Notes: a model not told the origin generated them from the sequence alone. A DNA stretch of 33,787 nt from Gemmatimonadota bacterium (GCA_039589315.1 JBDHHQ010000063.1:1-33787), one strand, 5' to 3'. Shown: positions 15,360 to 24,825, counted from the stretch's first letter. Program-made: numbers and translations.

Positions 15360-17837
15360 CTACTCGCCCCTGAGCGCCACCATGGGATCCACCCGGGACG
15401 CCCGGCGCGCCGGGATCCAGTTCGCGAGCGCCGCCACCAGGGCGAGCACGCCGAAGGCGCCCAGGAAGCTCACGGGGTCGAACGAGCCGACGAACAGCAC
15501 GCTCGAGAGGAAGCGTGCGCTCAGGCCCGCAAGGACGGCACCGACGACTCCGCCGATTCCCACGAGCACCATGCCCTGGCGAAGGACCAGTCCCACCACG
15601 CGATTGGTCTCTGCCCCCAGCGCCTTGCGGACGCCGATCTCCCGCACCCGGCGGCTCACGGAGTAGGCGATGACGCCGTAGAGGCCCACGGCTGCCAATA
15701 CCAAGGCCAGGAGTCCGAAGACACCGATGAGCCAAGCGCCGGCGCGAATGGGGAAGAGGCGCACGTCGCCCAACTCCCGCATGGTGCCCGTGTCGAGGAA
15801 TACCAGATCGGGGTCGAGGGACAGGAGCTCGCGCTCCAGGGCCGGCACCAGCTCGTCGGCCGGCGTCGTCGTGCGCACCAGGAAGTTGGCGAAGACGGAT
15901 TGCCGCGGTAGCGGCAGGTGGAGATAAGGCTTGGGTGCCTCGCCGGGGGTGTCCACCTTGTAGTCCGCCACGATCCCGACGATCTGGTACGGCTGGCCCT
16001 CCCATGAGAGCCGGAACTCCCGCCCGAGAACGTTTTCCTCGGGCCAGTACCGGGCGGCCATGGTCTCCGAGACCACGACGACCCGGCGCCGCTCGTCCCT
16101 GTCGGCGGGCTCGATGCCCCGCCCCGCCACGACAGTGAGGGCCAAGGCCTCGAAGTAGTTCTCGTCGACGCTGGCGCCGTCCATGACGTAGGGCCGGTCG
16201 CTCCCCGAGCTCTGATGGCCGTCGATGAAGACGCCGAAGCCGTTGTTGTTCAGCGAGAGCGGCACCCGGCTGGTCAGCCCGACCGACTCCACCTCCGGCA
16301 GGGCGTCGAGACGGAGCCGGCCGGACTCATAGAAGATGCCGGCTTGCTCGCTGTCGTAGCCGTTCATCTCCATGGCCAGGCCCAGGTAGGCGGTCCGGTC
16401 CAGGTCGTAGCCCAGATCCACGCGCTGGGCGGCACCCAGGCTGCGCACCATGAGCGAGCCGGCCACGAGGAGCACCAGCGACACCGCAACCTGGACGACC
16501 ACCAGGGCGTCCCGAAGCTCCACGCGGCGTCCCCGACGGCTGGGGCCCTCGCCGGTGTCCTTCAGGGCGGGGACCAGGTCGGGCCGGGAAGCCCGCAGGG
16601 CCGGGATCAGCCCGAACACGATGCCGGTTAGGGCTGCCGCCGCGAGCGTGAACAGCAGGACCCGCCAGTCAGGCGTGATGTCGAGTCCGAGCTCGATGGG
16701 GAGCGGTGGCTGGAAGCGGGCGATGAGCCGGGCGAGCCAGAAGGCCAGGAGGAGCGCTACCGTGCCGCCGGCCAGCGCCAGCGCCATGCTCTCGGTGAAC
16801 AGCTGGCGGATCACTTGACCCCGGTTGGCGCCGATGGCGAGGCGAATGGCGAGCTCACGCCGGCGGGTTGCCGCCCGGGCCAGCAGCATGTTGGCGAGGT
16901 TGGCGCACGCCACGAGCAGCACGAGCCCGACGGCGCCCAGAAGCACCATCCCCGCCGGCATCAGAGTCCGGTCGAAGTCTGGATTCACGGCCACGTCATT
17001 GGTGCGGAGTAGGGTGAGCCGCTCCAGAGCGTTGGTCTCGGGATACTGCTGGGAGAGGCGGGCGGCGATGCCGTCGAGCTCGGTTCGCACCTCCTCGACT
17101 GCGACGCCCGGGTTCATGCGGCCCTTAAGCCAGAGCCAGTGCTGGCCGCGCCGCTCGAGGCGCGTGTCGCCTGGCGACCTGCCTGAATTCCGCTGGTTCC
17201 CGAGGGGCTCCACCTCTTCGACCATCGCGACGGGCACCCACATCTGCGCCGTGACGGCCGGGAACATCCCACCGAAGCTCTTGGGCGCCACGCCGATCAC
17301 CGTGTAGACGATGCCGTTCATCCGGAGCGTCTGGCCCAGGACGCCCGGGTCCCCCGCGAAGCGGGTCTGCCAGAAGGGGTGACTCAGTATGGCGACGGGC
17401 GCGGCTCCGGGAGCCGCGAACTCGTCGGGCGAGAACGCCCGTCCCAGGGCCGGCTGGACGCCGAGGACGGAGAAGTAGTTGTCCGTCACGAGCTCGCCGA
17501 CCACCAACTCCGAGCTGCCCTGAATCGAGAGGTTCGCGAAGAAGTTCGTATACCCCATGATTCCGGACAGCGTCTCGGACTGCTGCCGGTAGTCGAGGTA
17601 GTTGGGGTAGGAGCTCGTGTCGTGGCTCGACGACGTTTCGGTGTGCCCGTAGATGTCGACCAGCTCCTCCGGCGCCTCCACGGGAAGGGGCTTCAGCAGA
17701 ATCGCGTTCACCAGGCTGAAGATCGTGCTGTTCACCCCGATCCCCAGGGCCAGAGTCAGGATCGCGACGAACGTGAATCCGGGAGAGTTGCTCAGCGCGC
17801 GGATCGCGTAGCGGAGATCCCGAAGCAGGTCTTCCAT
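15360..17837 (-). CDS. ADOP-type duplicated ABC transporter permease (2x MacB periplasmic + FtsX domains)
   Basis: DLRYAIRAL..SPGF...AILTLALGIG.N..IFS.V, ACANLANMLLARA..RRRELAIRLAIGA, GLYGVIAYSVSRR.REIGVR.ALGA, PARRASRVDPMVALR. No ATPase or PadR gene adjacent. Confidence 0.95.
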   Translation of the reverse strand: MEDLLRDLRYAIRALSNSPGFTFVAILTLALGIGVNSTIFSLVNAILLKPLPVEAPEELVDIYGHTETSSSHDTSSYPNYLDYRQQSETLSGIMGYTNFFANLSIQGSSELVVGELVTDNYFSVLGVQPALGRAFSPDEFAAPGAAPVAILSHPFWQTRFAGDPGVLGQTLRMNGIVYTVIGVAPKSFGGMFPAVTAQMWVPVAMVEEVEPLGNQRNSGRSPGDTRLERRGQHWLWLKGRMNPGVAVEEVRTELDGIAARLSQQYPETNALERLTLLRTNDVAVNPDFDRTLMPAGMVLLGAVGLVLLVACANLANMLLARAATRRRELAIRLAIGANRGQVIRQLFTESMALALAGGTVALLLAFWLARLIARFQPPLPIELGLDITPDWRVLLFTLAAAALTGIVFGLIPALRASRPDLVPALKDTGEGPSRRGRRVELRDALVVVQVAVSLVLLVAGSLMVRSLGAAQRVDLGYDLDRTAYLGLAMEMNGYDSEQAGIFYESGRLRLDALPEVESVGLTSRVPLSLNNNGFGVFIDGHQSSGSDRPYVMDGASVDENYFEALALTVVAGRGIEPADRDERRRVVVVSETMAARYWPEENVLGREFRLSWEGQPYQIVGIVADYKVDTPGEAPKPYLHLPLPRQSVFANFLVRTTTPADELVPALERELLSLDPDLVFLDTGTMRELGDVRLFPIRAGAWLIGVFGLLALVLAAVGLYGVIAYSVSRRVREIGVRKALGAETNRVVGLVLRQGMVLVGIGGVVGAVLAGLSARFLSSVLFVGSFDPVSFLGAFGVLALVAALANWIPARRASRVDPMVALRGE

Positions 17838-17878
17838 AGGTCTTCCGGGTCAAGGGCCGACAGGACCGTCGAGCGGAT

Positions 17879-17906
17879 CTACGGGTGGGGATAAGAGCAG
17901 GTTTCG
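17879..17906 (-). promoter_or_regulatory. ECF-sigma (SigW-like) promoter of the ADOP permease
   Basis: Minus strand GAAAC (17901-17905), 17-bp spacer, CGTAG (17879-17883), about 40 bp upstream of the ATG. Confidence 0.55.
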
Positions 17907-17980
17907 GCGGGGATCGCCAGGCGCTCGTCCACAACCTCGATGAGGTAGGCGCGCACGCCGGTTTGCCCCCCGCTGCCCGA

Positions 17981-18014
17981 CCTTCGCGCGCCACGTCGTC
18001 CTTCGCGCGCCACG
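17981..18014. repeat. 15-bp direct repeat x2 (period 19)
   Basis: ccttcgcgcgccacg at 17981-17995 and 18000-18014; degenerate copy at 18062-18077. Confidence 0.85.
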
Positions 18015-18074
18015 GTCGCCCTGGGCAGGTGCACCGTCGCCCCCGGTGTGCGCGAACGTTGCCTGCGCCCGCCA

Positions 18075-18359
18075 CGGACGGCCTTGGGCTACGCACGCAT
18101 AGCGACTGGCGGAGAAGACGAAGGGCGGAGGCATTTGTCCGTGAGTGTGGAAGAGCTGCAGGTTATGCTCGACGGGGGTGCCGACGACCCACGCGTCCCC
18201 GTCGAGATGGCCGCGATCAGGGCCGCACAGGGCGAGACAGCTGAAGCCGTGATCTGGCTCGGGTGCGCCTACCACGGTGGTTTCGTTCACCACCGCGACG
18301 TGGGGCTTGACCCGATGTTCGACTCACTCCGCGGTGATCCTGAGTTCGAGAGGGTCATC
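18075..18359 (+). pseudogene. Remnant encoding only the C-terminal TPR/capping segment of a TolB-N/TPR-type protein
   Basis: RTALGYARIATG...EMAAIRAAQGETAEAVIWL..AY.GG.....LDPMFDSLRGDPEFERVI resembles the C-termini of the 21016 (LHPTWDPLRSSPAF) and 27682 (WLPIRDDPAF) proteins. No convincing RBS or start; the frame continues in low-complexity sequence to 18569. Confidence 0.65.
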
Positions 18360-18576
18360 GTACCGGCCAACAGCGACGCGAAGAGCGCCGCGCCGCACCC
18401 ACTCCCCGCCCGCCCATCTCCCTACACCCCCTCACCGACTTCCCCCGACAGCCTGTTCGAGCTACCCGCAGCTAGAATACGGAGTGACCCGAGGGCGCCG
18501 CTGTGTGTTGGCCTGTTGGCCGCCGACAGTCCTTGCCCTCCGACAAAGCTCACAAACGTATTCAGGTGATAGAACC

Positions 18577-20247
18577 ATGGCCGTTCTCGAGACTGACATT
18601 CCGGCCGAAACCCTGATTCCCGAAGGCTTCCCGCGGGGGGTCAAGCTCCTCCACGACCCGGTCCGCAACAAAGGCACCGCTTTCTCGGACGCGGAGCGGG
18701 AAGCGCTGGGGATCCGGGGCCTTCTTCCGCCTCGAGTCCTGACGCAAGACCTCCAGGTCAAGCGCGTGATGGAGAACCTCCGCGCCATGCCCAGCGATCT
18801 CGAGCGCTACATCGACCTCGTTTCCCTCCAGGACCGAAACGAGATGCTCTTCTACCGCGTGGTCCTCGACCACCTGGAAGAGCTCATGCCCATCATCTAC
18901 ACGCCCACGGTGGGGAAGGCGTGTCAGGAGTTCGGCCACATCTTCCGGCGTCCCCGTGGGCTGTACGTCTCGGCGTACGACCGGGGACACGTGGCCGAGG
19001 TGCTCCGCAACTGGCCTCACGAAGACGTGCGCATCATCGTCGTGACCGACGGCGAGCGCATCCTCGGGCTGGGAGACCAGGGCGCCGACGGCATGGGAAT
19101 CCCCATCGGGAAGCTCTCCCTCTACAGCGCCTGCGCGGGGATCCACCCCACGCACACCCTTCCCGTCATGCTCGACGTGGGGACCGAGAACCAGGCACTC
19201 CTGGAAGATCCGCTGTACCTGGGGATTCCGAGGCATCGACTCCAGGGTGACGCATACGACGAGCTCGTGGGGGAGTTCTTCGACGCAGTGGCGGAGGTCT
19301 TCCCGCGAGCCGTCGTCCAGCTGGAAGACTTCGCCACTGGCAACGCCTTCCGCCTCCTGCAGCGGTACCGGGAGCGGTACTGCACCTTCGACGACGACAT
19401 CCAGGGCACTGCTGGCGTGGCTCTGGCAGGGATCTACTCGGCTCAGCGGATCACGGAGAAGGCGCTAGGCGACGACCCCTACCTCTTCCTCGGGGCCGGA
19501 GAGGCCGGCATCGGCATCGCCGACCTCATCGTGGCCGCGCTCCGCCACGAGGGATGGAGCGAGGACGAGGCCCGGGAGCGGTGCTGGTTCCTGGACTCCA
19601 AAGGGCTGGTGGTGAAGAGCCGGACCGACCTGGCGTCCCACAAGCTTCCCTACGCCCACGACGCCGAGTTCACCCCGAGCCTCCTGGAAGCCGTGGAACG
19701 GATCGAGCCCGGAGCGTTGATCGGGGTCTCGGGGCAGCCGAGCACGTTCGACGAGCCGGTGCTGAACGCCATGGCGAGGCTCCACGACCGCCCCGTCATC
19801 TTCGCGCTCTCCAATCCGACGTCGAAGTCCGAGTGCACGGCGGAAGAAGCCTACCGGTGGACCGAAGGCCGCTGCATCTTCGCTTCCGGAAGCCCCTTCG
19901 ACCCGGTCGAGTTGGACGGCGAGAGGCTGGTCCCGGGGCAGGGCAACAACGCTTACGTGTTCCCGGGCGTGGGATTGGGGCTGATCGTATCCGGCGCTTC
20001 ACACTGCACCGACGAGATGTTCTTCGTGGCGGCCCGGACCCTGGCGGGCATGGTGAACCTGGACGACCTGCGGCAGGGTCGCATCTACCCGGCCCTGAGC
20101 CGGATCCGGGAGGTGTCCTCACACATCGCCGAAGCCGTGGCGTCGGTGGCCTTCGAGCGAGGGCTGGCCCGCGTAGCGCCTCCCGATGACCTGGGCGAGG
20201 CTGTGCGCGACGCGATGTTCACCCCCGAGTATCCGACGTACGCGTAG
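18577..20247 (+). CDS. maeA: Malic enzyme, large-subunit NAD(P)-dependent family (~556 aa)
   Basis: RBS aggtga. Motifs NKGTAF, LQDRNE.LFY, PIIYTPTVG.AC, VVTDGERILGLGD.G, EDF, FDDDIQGT, GAGEAG, FALSNPTSKSECT, GQGNNAYVFPG. Confidence 0.95.
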   Translation: MAVLETDIPAETLIPEGFPRGVKLLHDPVRNKGTAFSDAEREALGIRGLLPPRVLTQDLQVKRVMENLRAMPSDLERYIDLVSLQDRNEMLFYRVVLDHLEELMPIIYTPTVGKACQEFGHIFRRPRGLYVSAYDRGHVAEVLRNWPHEDVRIIVVTDGERILGLGDQGADGMGIPIGKLSLYSACAGIHPTHTLPVMLDVGTENQALLEDPLYLGIPRHRLQGDAYDELVGEFFDAVAEVFPRAVVQLEDFATGNAFRLLQRYRERYCTFDDDIQGTAGVALAGIYSAQRITEKALGDDPYLFLGAGEAGIGIADLIVAALRHEGWSEDEARERCWFLDSKGLVVKSRTDLASHKLPYAHDAEFTPSLLEAVERIEPGALIGVSGQPSTFDEPVLNAMARLHDRPVIFALSNPTSKSECTAEEAYRWTEGRCIFASGSPFDPVELDGERLVPGQGNNAYVFPGVGLGLIVSGASHCTDEMFFVAARTLAGMVNLDDLRQGRIYPALSRIREVSSHIAEAVASVAFERGLARVAPPDDLGEAVRDAMFTPEYPTYA

Positions 20248-20276
20248 GGGATCATCCGTCGGGCCTCGGTCCTACC

Positions 20277-20314
20277 AAAGACCAGCCCTGGTGCGCTGCC
20301 AGGGCTGGTCTTTT
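20277..20314. terminator. Intrinsic terminator, probably bidirectional
   Basis: 15-bp inverted repeat aaagaccagccctgg (20277-20291) / ccagggctggtcttt (20299-20313), with a T-run on the + strand, between convergent genes. Confidence 0.85.
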
Positions 20315-20451
20315 GATTCGTGCACGCTCCCAGGACGATGGCGCACCGGTAGCGCGCGTGAGGGAAGATTCAGGCGCGCTCCGCCTACATCGATGGCGGA
20401 GGGCGGCGATCGTGGGACCACGCCGACTACACCGTTTGCGTTGACCGCGCC

Positions 20452-20853
20452 TCAGCAGAATCCCTCGCTTCCCGCCTTGCACGCCACGAAGCCGATTCCT
20501 ACCAGGACGACCAAGGTCCCTAGTACCGAGAGCGCCACCACGCCTGCGGTCTTGCCCGGGTCCGGGACCGCCACGTCCATCCCTCTCACGTAGTCGAGGC
20601 CGGCGGCGCGCGCGTTGCCTCGGTTGTCCACCCAGCCCGTGAGGGAGTCGCCCGAGACCTTGGGGTCGTGCAGCGTGACCGTGGTCCAGTCCACCATGTG
20701 GAGCCGAACCTTGTCGGGCTGTTCTTCCCGGATGACCAGGTCCGGCGCTTCAGCACGCGGTTGCCACGTGTGACAGGCTGCGGTGAGCACTAGCGTGAGC
20801 AGCGTGCCCCAACGGCACCGCCGGGACGAGCCCTTCGCGTTCCCCCCACCCAT
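20452..20853 (-). CDS. Hypothetical lipoprotein with C-terminal hydrophobic helix (~133 aa)
   Basis: ATG 20853 after GGAGG; lipobox LTAAC; small beta-rich domain; C-terminal GKTAGVVALSVLGTLVVLVGIGFVAC. Confidence 0.7.
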   Translation of the reverse strand: MGGGNAKGSSRRCRWGTLLTLVLTAACHTWQPRAEAPDLVIREEQPDKVRLHMVDWTTVTLHDPKVSGDSLTGWVDNRGNARAAGLDYVRGMDVAVPDPGKTAGVVALSVLGTLVVLVGIGFVACKAGSEGFC

Positions 20854-21015
20854 CCTCGACCTCCCCCGGACGTGTGCACCAAGCAGCACCGACATCGAAC
20901 ACGGCGACTGTCGGGAGGTTCCTGCGAGGAGGGATAGGGACTCCACGGACGGCTGTTGCCCGACGTCTGTGATCCTTCGATCACGCACCAGGCCCGGCCG
21001 GCGCACGTCCCAGCT

Positions 21016-23001
21016 TCAGGACCCGTCGGTCTTGACGGAATCAGGACCAGCCGAAGCGGAACCGTGCTTCTCCAGCAGCTCGACGAAGGCGGGACTCGAC
21101 CTCAGGGGGTCCCAGGTCGGATGGAGCTCCAGGAGCCGCACGGTCAGCAGAGACGGGGCGCTGAGGACCCGGTCCAGGTAGGACATCGCCTCGTGGGCGT
21201 CGCCCAGATGTGCGTGGATGGCGGCCATGTTCACGAGGTTATCGGGCCCGTAGAGGTGATTCTCCTCGGGCGTCATCAGAGACAGGGCCAACCTTCCATG
21301 GTACAGCGCCTTCTCCCTCTGGCCCAACACGGCGTATACCCTGCCCAGGTTCCGGTGCAGCGCCACGCTACCGGGGGCTGAAAGAACGGCACGCTCCAGC
21401 ACCACGCTCGCGGAGTCGTAGAGTGCCCGGGCGCGTGCAGCGTCTCCCGTGAGCCGGTATACCTCCGCGGCCAACTGCACAACCGGTGTCCTACGTTCGG
21501 AGGTGGGGAAGCCCGGAGCGAACACGCCTGGCTCGTCCGCGATGCGGCGCAGCGCGTCCTCGTACTTCCGGTCGAGGATGTCGAGCTGTACCCACGTGTA
21601 GAAGAGATCTTCGGCGCGCTGCACACCGGTCGCGGCCTCGAGCACCCTCCGGCTGGGGCCTGTGTCGCCCGTCCAGCGGGGATAGAGCATGGCCAAGTTG
21701 CGCCGGGGGTTCGCGAGCCCCGGGTTTACGGAGATGGCGCGCTCGAACATCCGTTCGGCATCCTCGAAGCGACCGACTCTCTGATACATGAGCCCGAGGC
21801 CCCGTATCGGCGTCCAGTAGGTCGGATCGTTTTCGACGGCCCGTTCGAACAGGTCGATTGCGTCGTCCCATTGGCCGCGTTCGCCCGCCCAGGTTCCGAC
21901 GAACCAGAGAATGCGCGGGTTGTTCGGGTTCAGCTCCAGAGCCCTGCGATAAGCAGTCATGCGGGCAAAGGCATCGTCCTGGATCGAAGAGCCCAATGCG
22001 AGGTGGGCTTCGGCCAGACTGGGCTGGAGCCGCACGGCGGTCTCCGCTGCGACCCGAGCACTGTCCGCTCCGTACGGTTCGGCTCTCAGGTACTGCCTGG
22101 ACAGCCCCGCCCAGGCCGGCGCGAAATCCGGGTCCAGGGCCACGACCTCTCGGAAACGCTCGACGCGAGTCAGGTCCTCACTCAGCTGGTCGAAGCGCTG
22201 CTCGAAGTCGACGGCCCGGAGGTAGGCGTCGTACGCCTCGCTGTTGGTCGTTGGCGTCTCGTCGAGGACCGCCCGCTCACCGGGGGCCATGCGAGCGCCC
22301 AGGGCGTCCGCCACTCGTTCGGCGATCTCCCGTTCGGCACGGATCGCGGCTTCGGCCGTATACTGCTGGTCGAACTCCTGCGACCAGAGCTGCCGGTCGG
22401 ATGTGGCCTCGATCAGCGTCACCGACAGGTTGAGCCAGTCCCCCTCTCGTCTCACGCTTCCAAGCACCACGGCGGAGACCCCGAGCTCCTCGGCGATCTG
22501 GCTGCTCGGCACCGGTCGCGTCTCGTACTGCATGACCGAGCTCCGAGGTAGGACGCTGAGGGCCGAGATGGTCGACAGCTGCGTGATCACCCGGTCGTGG
22601 AGCCCCCCAGCGAAGTACGCCAGGCCGGGGTCCGGGCTGAAGTTCTCGAACGGCAGGACGGCAACCCTGGCGACGGCGCCGCCCCCGGCGGCACCAGGAC
22701 GTCCGTCGGCCCGAAGGATGGCGAGCACCGAGGCCGCCATCGTACAGAGGATCGCGATCATCACGAGCTCGGGGCCCGACACTCTCTGGTGCCCTTGCTC
22801 GCCATGATACCACGCAAGAACCAGAGCGAGGCCGAACCCGACGACGAGTAGCAGGTCGATGCCCCGCTGCAGCCCGAGGGGGAGCGGCCAGCGGGCGGCC
22901 AGGACCTCCACGACCTGCATCAGGAGCCACGCGCCGGCCAGGTAGGCCAGCGCCCACTGGACCAGCTTGCGTTCCTTCAGACTGCGGACGAAGTCCTTCA
23001 T
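21016..23001 (-). CDS. 3-TM-anchored TolB-N-like + TPR protein, paralog 1 (~661 aa)
   Basis: LKERKLVQWALAYLAGAW membrane module. VAVLPFENFS.D...YFAGG...GSVRREG...LIEA..D.QLWS domain. TTNSEAYDAYLRA, TPR repeats, C-cap LHPTWDPLRSSPAF. Confidence 0.88.
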   Translation of the reverse strand: MKDFVRSLKERKLVQWALAYLAGAWLLMQVVEVLAARWPLPLGLQRGIDLLLVVGFGLALVLAWYHGEQGHQRVSGPELVMIAILCTMAASVLAILRADGRPGAAGGGAVARVAVLPFENFSPDPGLAYFAGGLHDRVITQLSTISALSVLPRSSVMQYETRPVPSSQIAEELGVSAVVLGSVRREGDWLNLSVTLIEATSDRQLWSQEFDQQYTAEAAIRAEREIAERVADALGARMAPGERAVLDETPTTNSEAYDAYLRAVDFEQRFDQLSEDLTRVERFREVVALDPDFAPAWAGLSRQYLRAEPYGADSARVAAETAVRLQPSLAEAHLALGSSIQDDAFARMTAYRRALELNPNNPRILWFVGTWAGERGQWDDAIDLFERAVENDPTYWTPIRGLGLMYQRVGRFEDAERMFERAISVNPGLANPRRNLAMLYPRWTGDTGPSRRVLEAATGVQRAEDLFYTWVQLDILDRKYEDALRRIADEPGVFAPGFPTSERRTPVVQLAAEVYRLTGDAARARALYDSASVVLERAVLSAPGSVALHRNLGRVYAVLGQREKALYHGRLALSLMTPEENHLYGPDNLVNMAAIHAHLGDAHEAMSYLDRVLSAPSLLTVRLLELHPTWDPLRSSPAFVELLEKHGSASAGPDSVKTDGS

Positions 23002-23033
23002 GCGCACCCCGGCGGACAGGGTCGTCTACCATG

Positions 23034-23063
23034 AACATACGGTGGACGTCGCCGGTGACCCAA
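23034..23063 (-). promoter_or_regulatory. Putative sigma70 promoter of TPR paralog 1
   Basis: Minus strand TTGGGT, 18-bp spacer, TATGTT. Confidence 0.45.
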
Positions 23064-23095
23064 GCAGGTCCGGGTCCGCTCTTGCGTGGCCTGCT

Positions 23096-23758
23096 CTAGG
23101 GGGGAGGGCCCATATCGGCTTCGCTGGCTTCGGGCAGCGGGGCGTCCGACGGTGCCTGCAACCTCGCCGCTGCCCGAACATCCGCCACCTGAACCCGCTC
23201 CAGACCGTGTTGCAGCGTGGTCAGTAGTGACTCGCGCCCTCCTTCGAGGCCGCCAAGGGCCAAATGCACGGGCGTCCCGAAGATCCAGTGGTCCAACCGG
23301 AGGAACCAGCGTTTCCATAGTGGGAGTCGCTCGAGGACGGACTCGGCGTCGGTCAACCGCACAGCGACCATCCGGAATCGCACCGATTCGACGTCCGCGA
23401 TCTCGTCCCAACGCACGCGACCCGCGCTGAACCACGTACGACGGTCTTCGATCCCCTTACCGTCGATGATCAGGACGGGGTCCCTGCGGAGAAGGCCGCT
23501 CACGCCGTGCAGCGCCGTCACCGAGAAGAAGCCCGCGGTCAGGAAGCCCCAGAACCGGGGGGGCAGAAGCTCGAAGATGCGCAGCGGCACCTCGGGCCCC
23601 GTGACGCCGATCCAGACACCCAACACGATGAGCACGAGGCTCAGGAGGACCTGGAACGTGCTGCCCACGCGGGTCTCCCGGACTTCGATAGGCTCGGCCC
23701 GCTCGTTGTCGCCGTGATCGACCGGGGCCGTTGGTTCCTCGTGCTCAGTCTGGGTCAT
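23096..23758 (-). CDS. Two-TM membrane protein with bacterial PH-like C-domain (STM3941-like), ~220 aa
   Basis: Two hydrophobic helices, then PVLIIDGKGIED.......GRVRWDEIADV, LERLPLWKR and FGTPVHL. Start uncertain (23758 or 23818). Confidence 0.7.
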   Translation of the reverse strand: MTQTEHEEPTAPVDHGDNERAEPIEVRETRVGSTFQVLLSLVLIVLGVWIGVTGPEVPLRIFELLPPRFWGFLTAGFFSVTALHGVSGLLRRDPVLIIDGKGIEDRRTWFSAGRVRWDEIADVESVRFRMVAVRLTDAESVLERLPLWKRWFLRLDHWIFGTPVHLALGGLEGGRESLLTTLQHGLERVQVADVRAAARLQAPSDAPLPEASEADMGPPP

Positions 23759-23879
23759 CGGGTGCCGTGCTTGAGCCCGTGGTCGGGTCGCCCCGGCCGT
23801 TTCCCCGCCTTTCGTCACCCGGGTGGGGGACTACCTCGGCCCGGACCATCGTCGGATGAGCGCCGCCGGCGGCCATCAC

Positions 23880-23906
23880 GGGGTGAGGCCATTGCGGCCC
23901 CACCCC
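23880..23906. terminator. GC-rich hairpin downstream of the 24004-24825 gene
   Basis: ggggtg-a-ggcc / ggcc-c-cacccc stem; no clear U-tract. Confidence 0.35.
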
Positions 23907-24003
23907 ATGGGCGGTGTTACGCGAGCTCGGTGGGTTTCAGCAGCGAGTCACCTAGCCGGAGAAGCCCAGCCAGCCGCGCCGGCTACTCGAAAGGCCGGGA
24001 GCG

Positions 24004-24825
24004 CTAGTTGCCCGCCAGCACGAAGCGCCCGGTTCCGTCGGCGTCGCGGGCCAGCGTCCCCACGCGCATAAAGATGTCGTCCCGGTGCTTGCCCTCGATC
24101 TCGAACGCTCTCTCCAGGGCCGCTTCGTCGACTGGGGCACTGGTGTCCGTCATGAACTCGGCGAAGTCGGACCACGACTCGTACACGCTCCACACGTCCA
24201 CGTTGGAGCCGCTCCCCGCAGTGTGACGGCTAGCCACTACCATGATGGCCTGGTGATCGGCTGGATCCTCCCGAAGGAGGTTCTGGGCCGTCAGCTCCAG
24301 GAACTCGTTCGAGTTCGCGTAGGTCGGCCAGTACTGGGAGCGGGTGACGACGTGGGCGTGATCCTCATGGCCTGCGGGGTCGTAGTTGAAGCCCCAGTCC
24401 TGGACCGCAACGCGTACCTCGTCGGTATGGCCCTCGAGGTAGAGCCCCCGGAAGCGCGCCCACCGCTCCTGAAAGGTCTCGCGGTCCGCTTCCGACAGCG
24501 TCTCCCGGTAGGCCCGCATCTTCTGTCCGTCGGTGTTGAAGTCGGCGTGCAGGTCGTCCAGGCTCTCGTACGTGATGATCTGGAGGAAGGCGACGTCGTT
24601 GGCCCAGGAGTGCCCCAGCAGGTTCTTGGCCAGCGGCCGGACGCCTTCGCTCGACGCGTCGAACATCTCGGCCATCTCGGCGTAGAGCTCGATGAACTCG
24701 GCCGAATGCTGACGGGGGATGCGGATCTCGGTGATGGCGTTGGCCTGAGCGGTCACGCTCACGGGCAGAAGCAGCGATCCGAGCAGGAGAAGCGTGAGAG
24801 CGAACGGGGGGATGTTGCGGTTCAT
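24004..24825 (-). CDS. Secreted hypothetical protein with two tandem ferredoxin-like (dimeric alpha+beta barrel-like) repeats (~273 aa)
   Basis: RBS gagga; signal MNRNIPPFALTLLLLGSLLLPVSVTA-Q. Internal duplication: EFIEL/EFLEL, YESLDD/YESWSD, GHTDEV/KHRDDI. Confidence 0.75.
   Translation of the reverse strand: MNRNIPPFALTLLLLGSLLLPVSVTAQANAITEIRIPRQHSAEFIELYAEMAEMFDASSEGVRPLAKNLLGHSWANDVAFLQIITYESLDDLHADFNTDGQKMRAYRETLSEADRETFQERWARFRGLYLEGHTDEVRVAVQDWGFNYDPAGHEDHAHVVTRSQYWPTYANSNEFLELTAQNLLREDPADHQAIMVVASRHTAGSGSNVDVWSVYESWSDFAEFMTDTSAPVDEAALERAFEIEGKHRDDIFMRVGTLARDADGTGRFVLAGN

Noticed and set aside
18075..18359. Remnant as the translocated missing C-terminus of TPR paralog 2
   Set aside because: It contains the last TPR helix pair (AAIRAAQGETAEAVIWL) that paralog 2 still has (ARVYFMAGEHQKALDIL), so the pieces overlap rather than complement.
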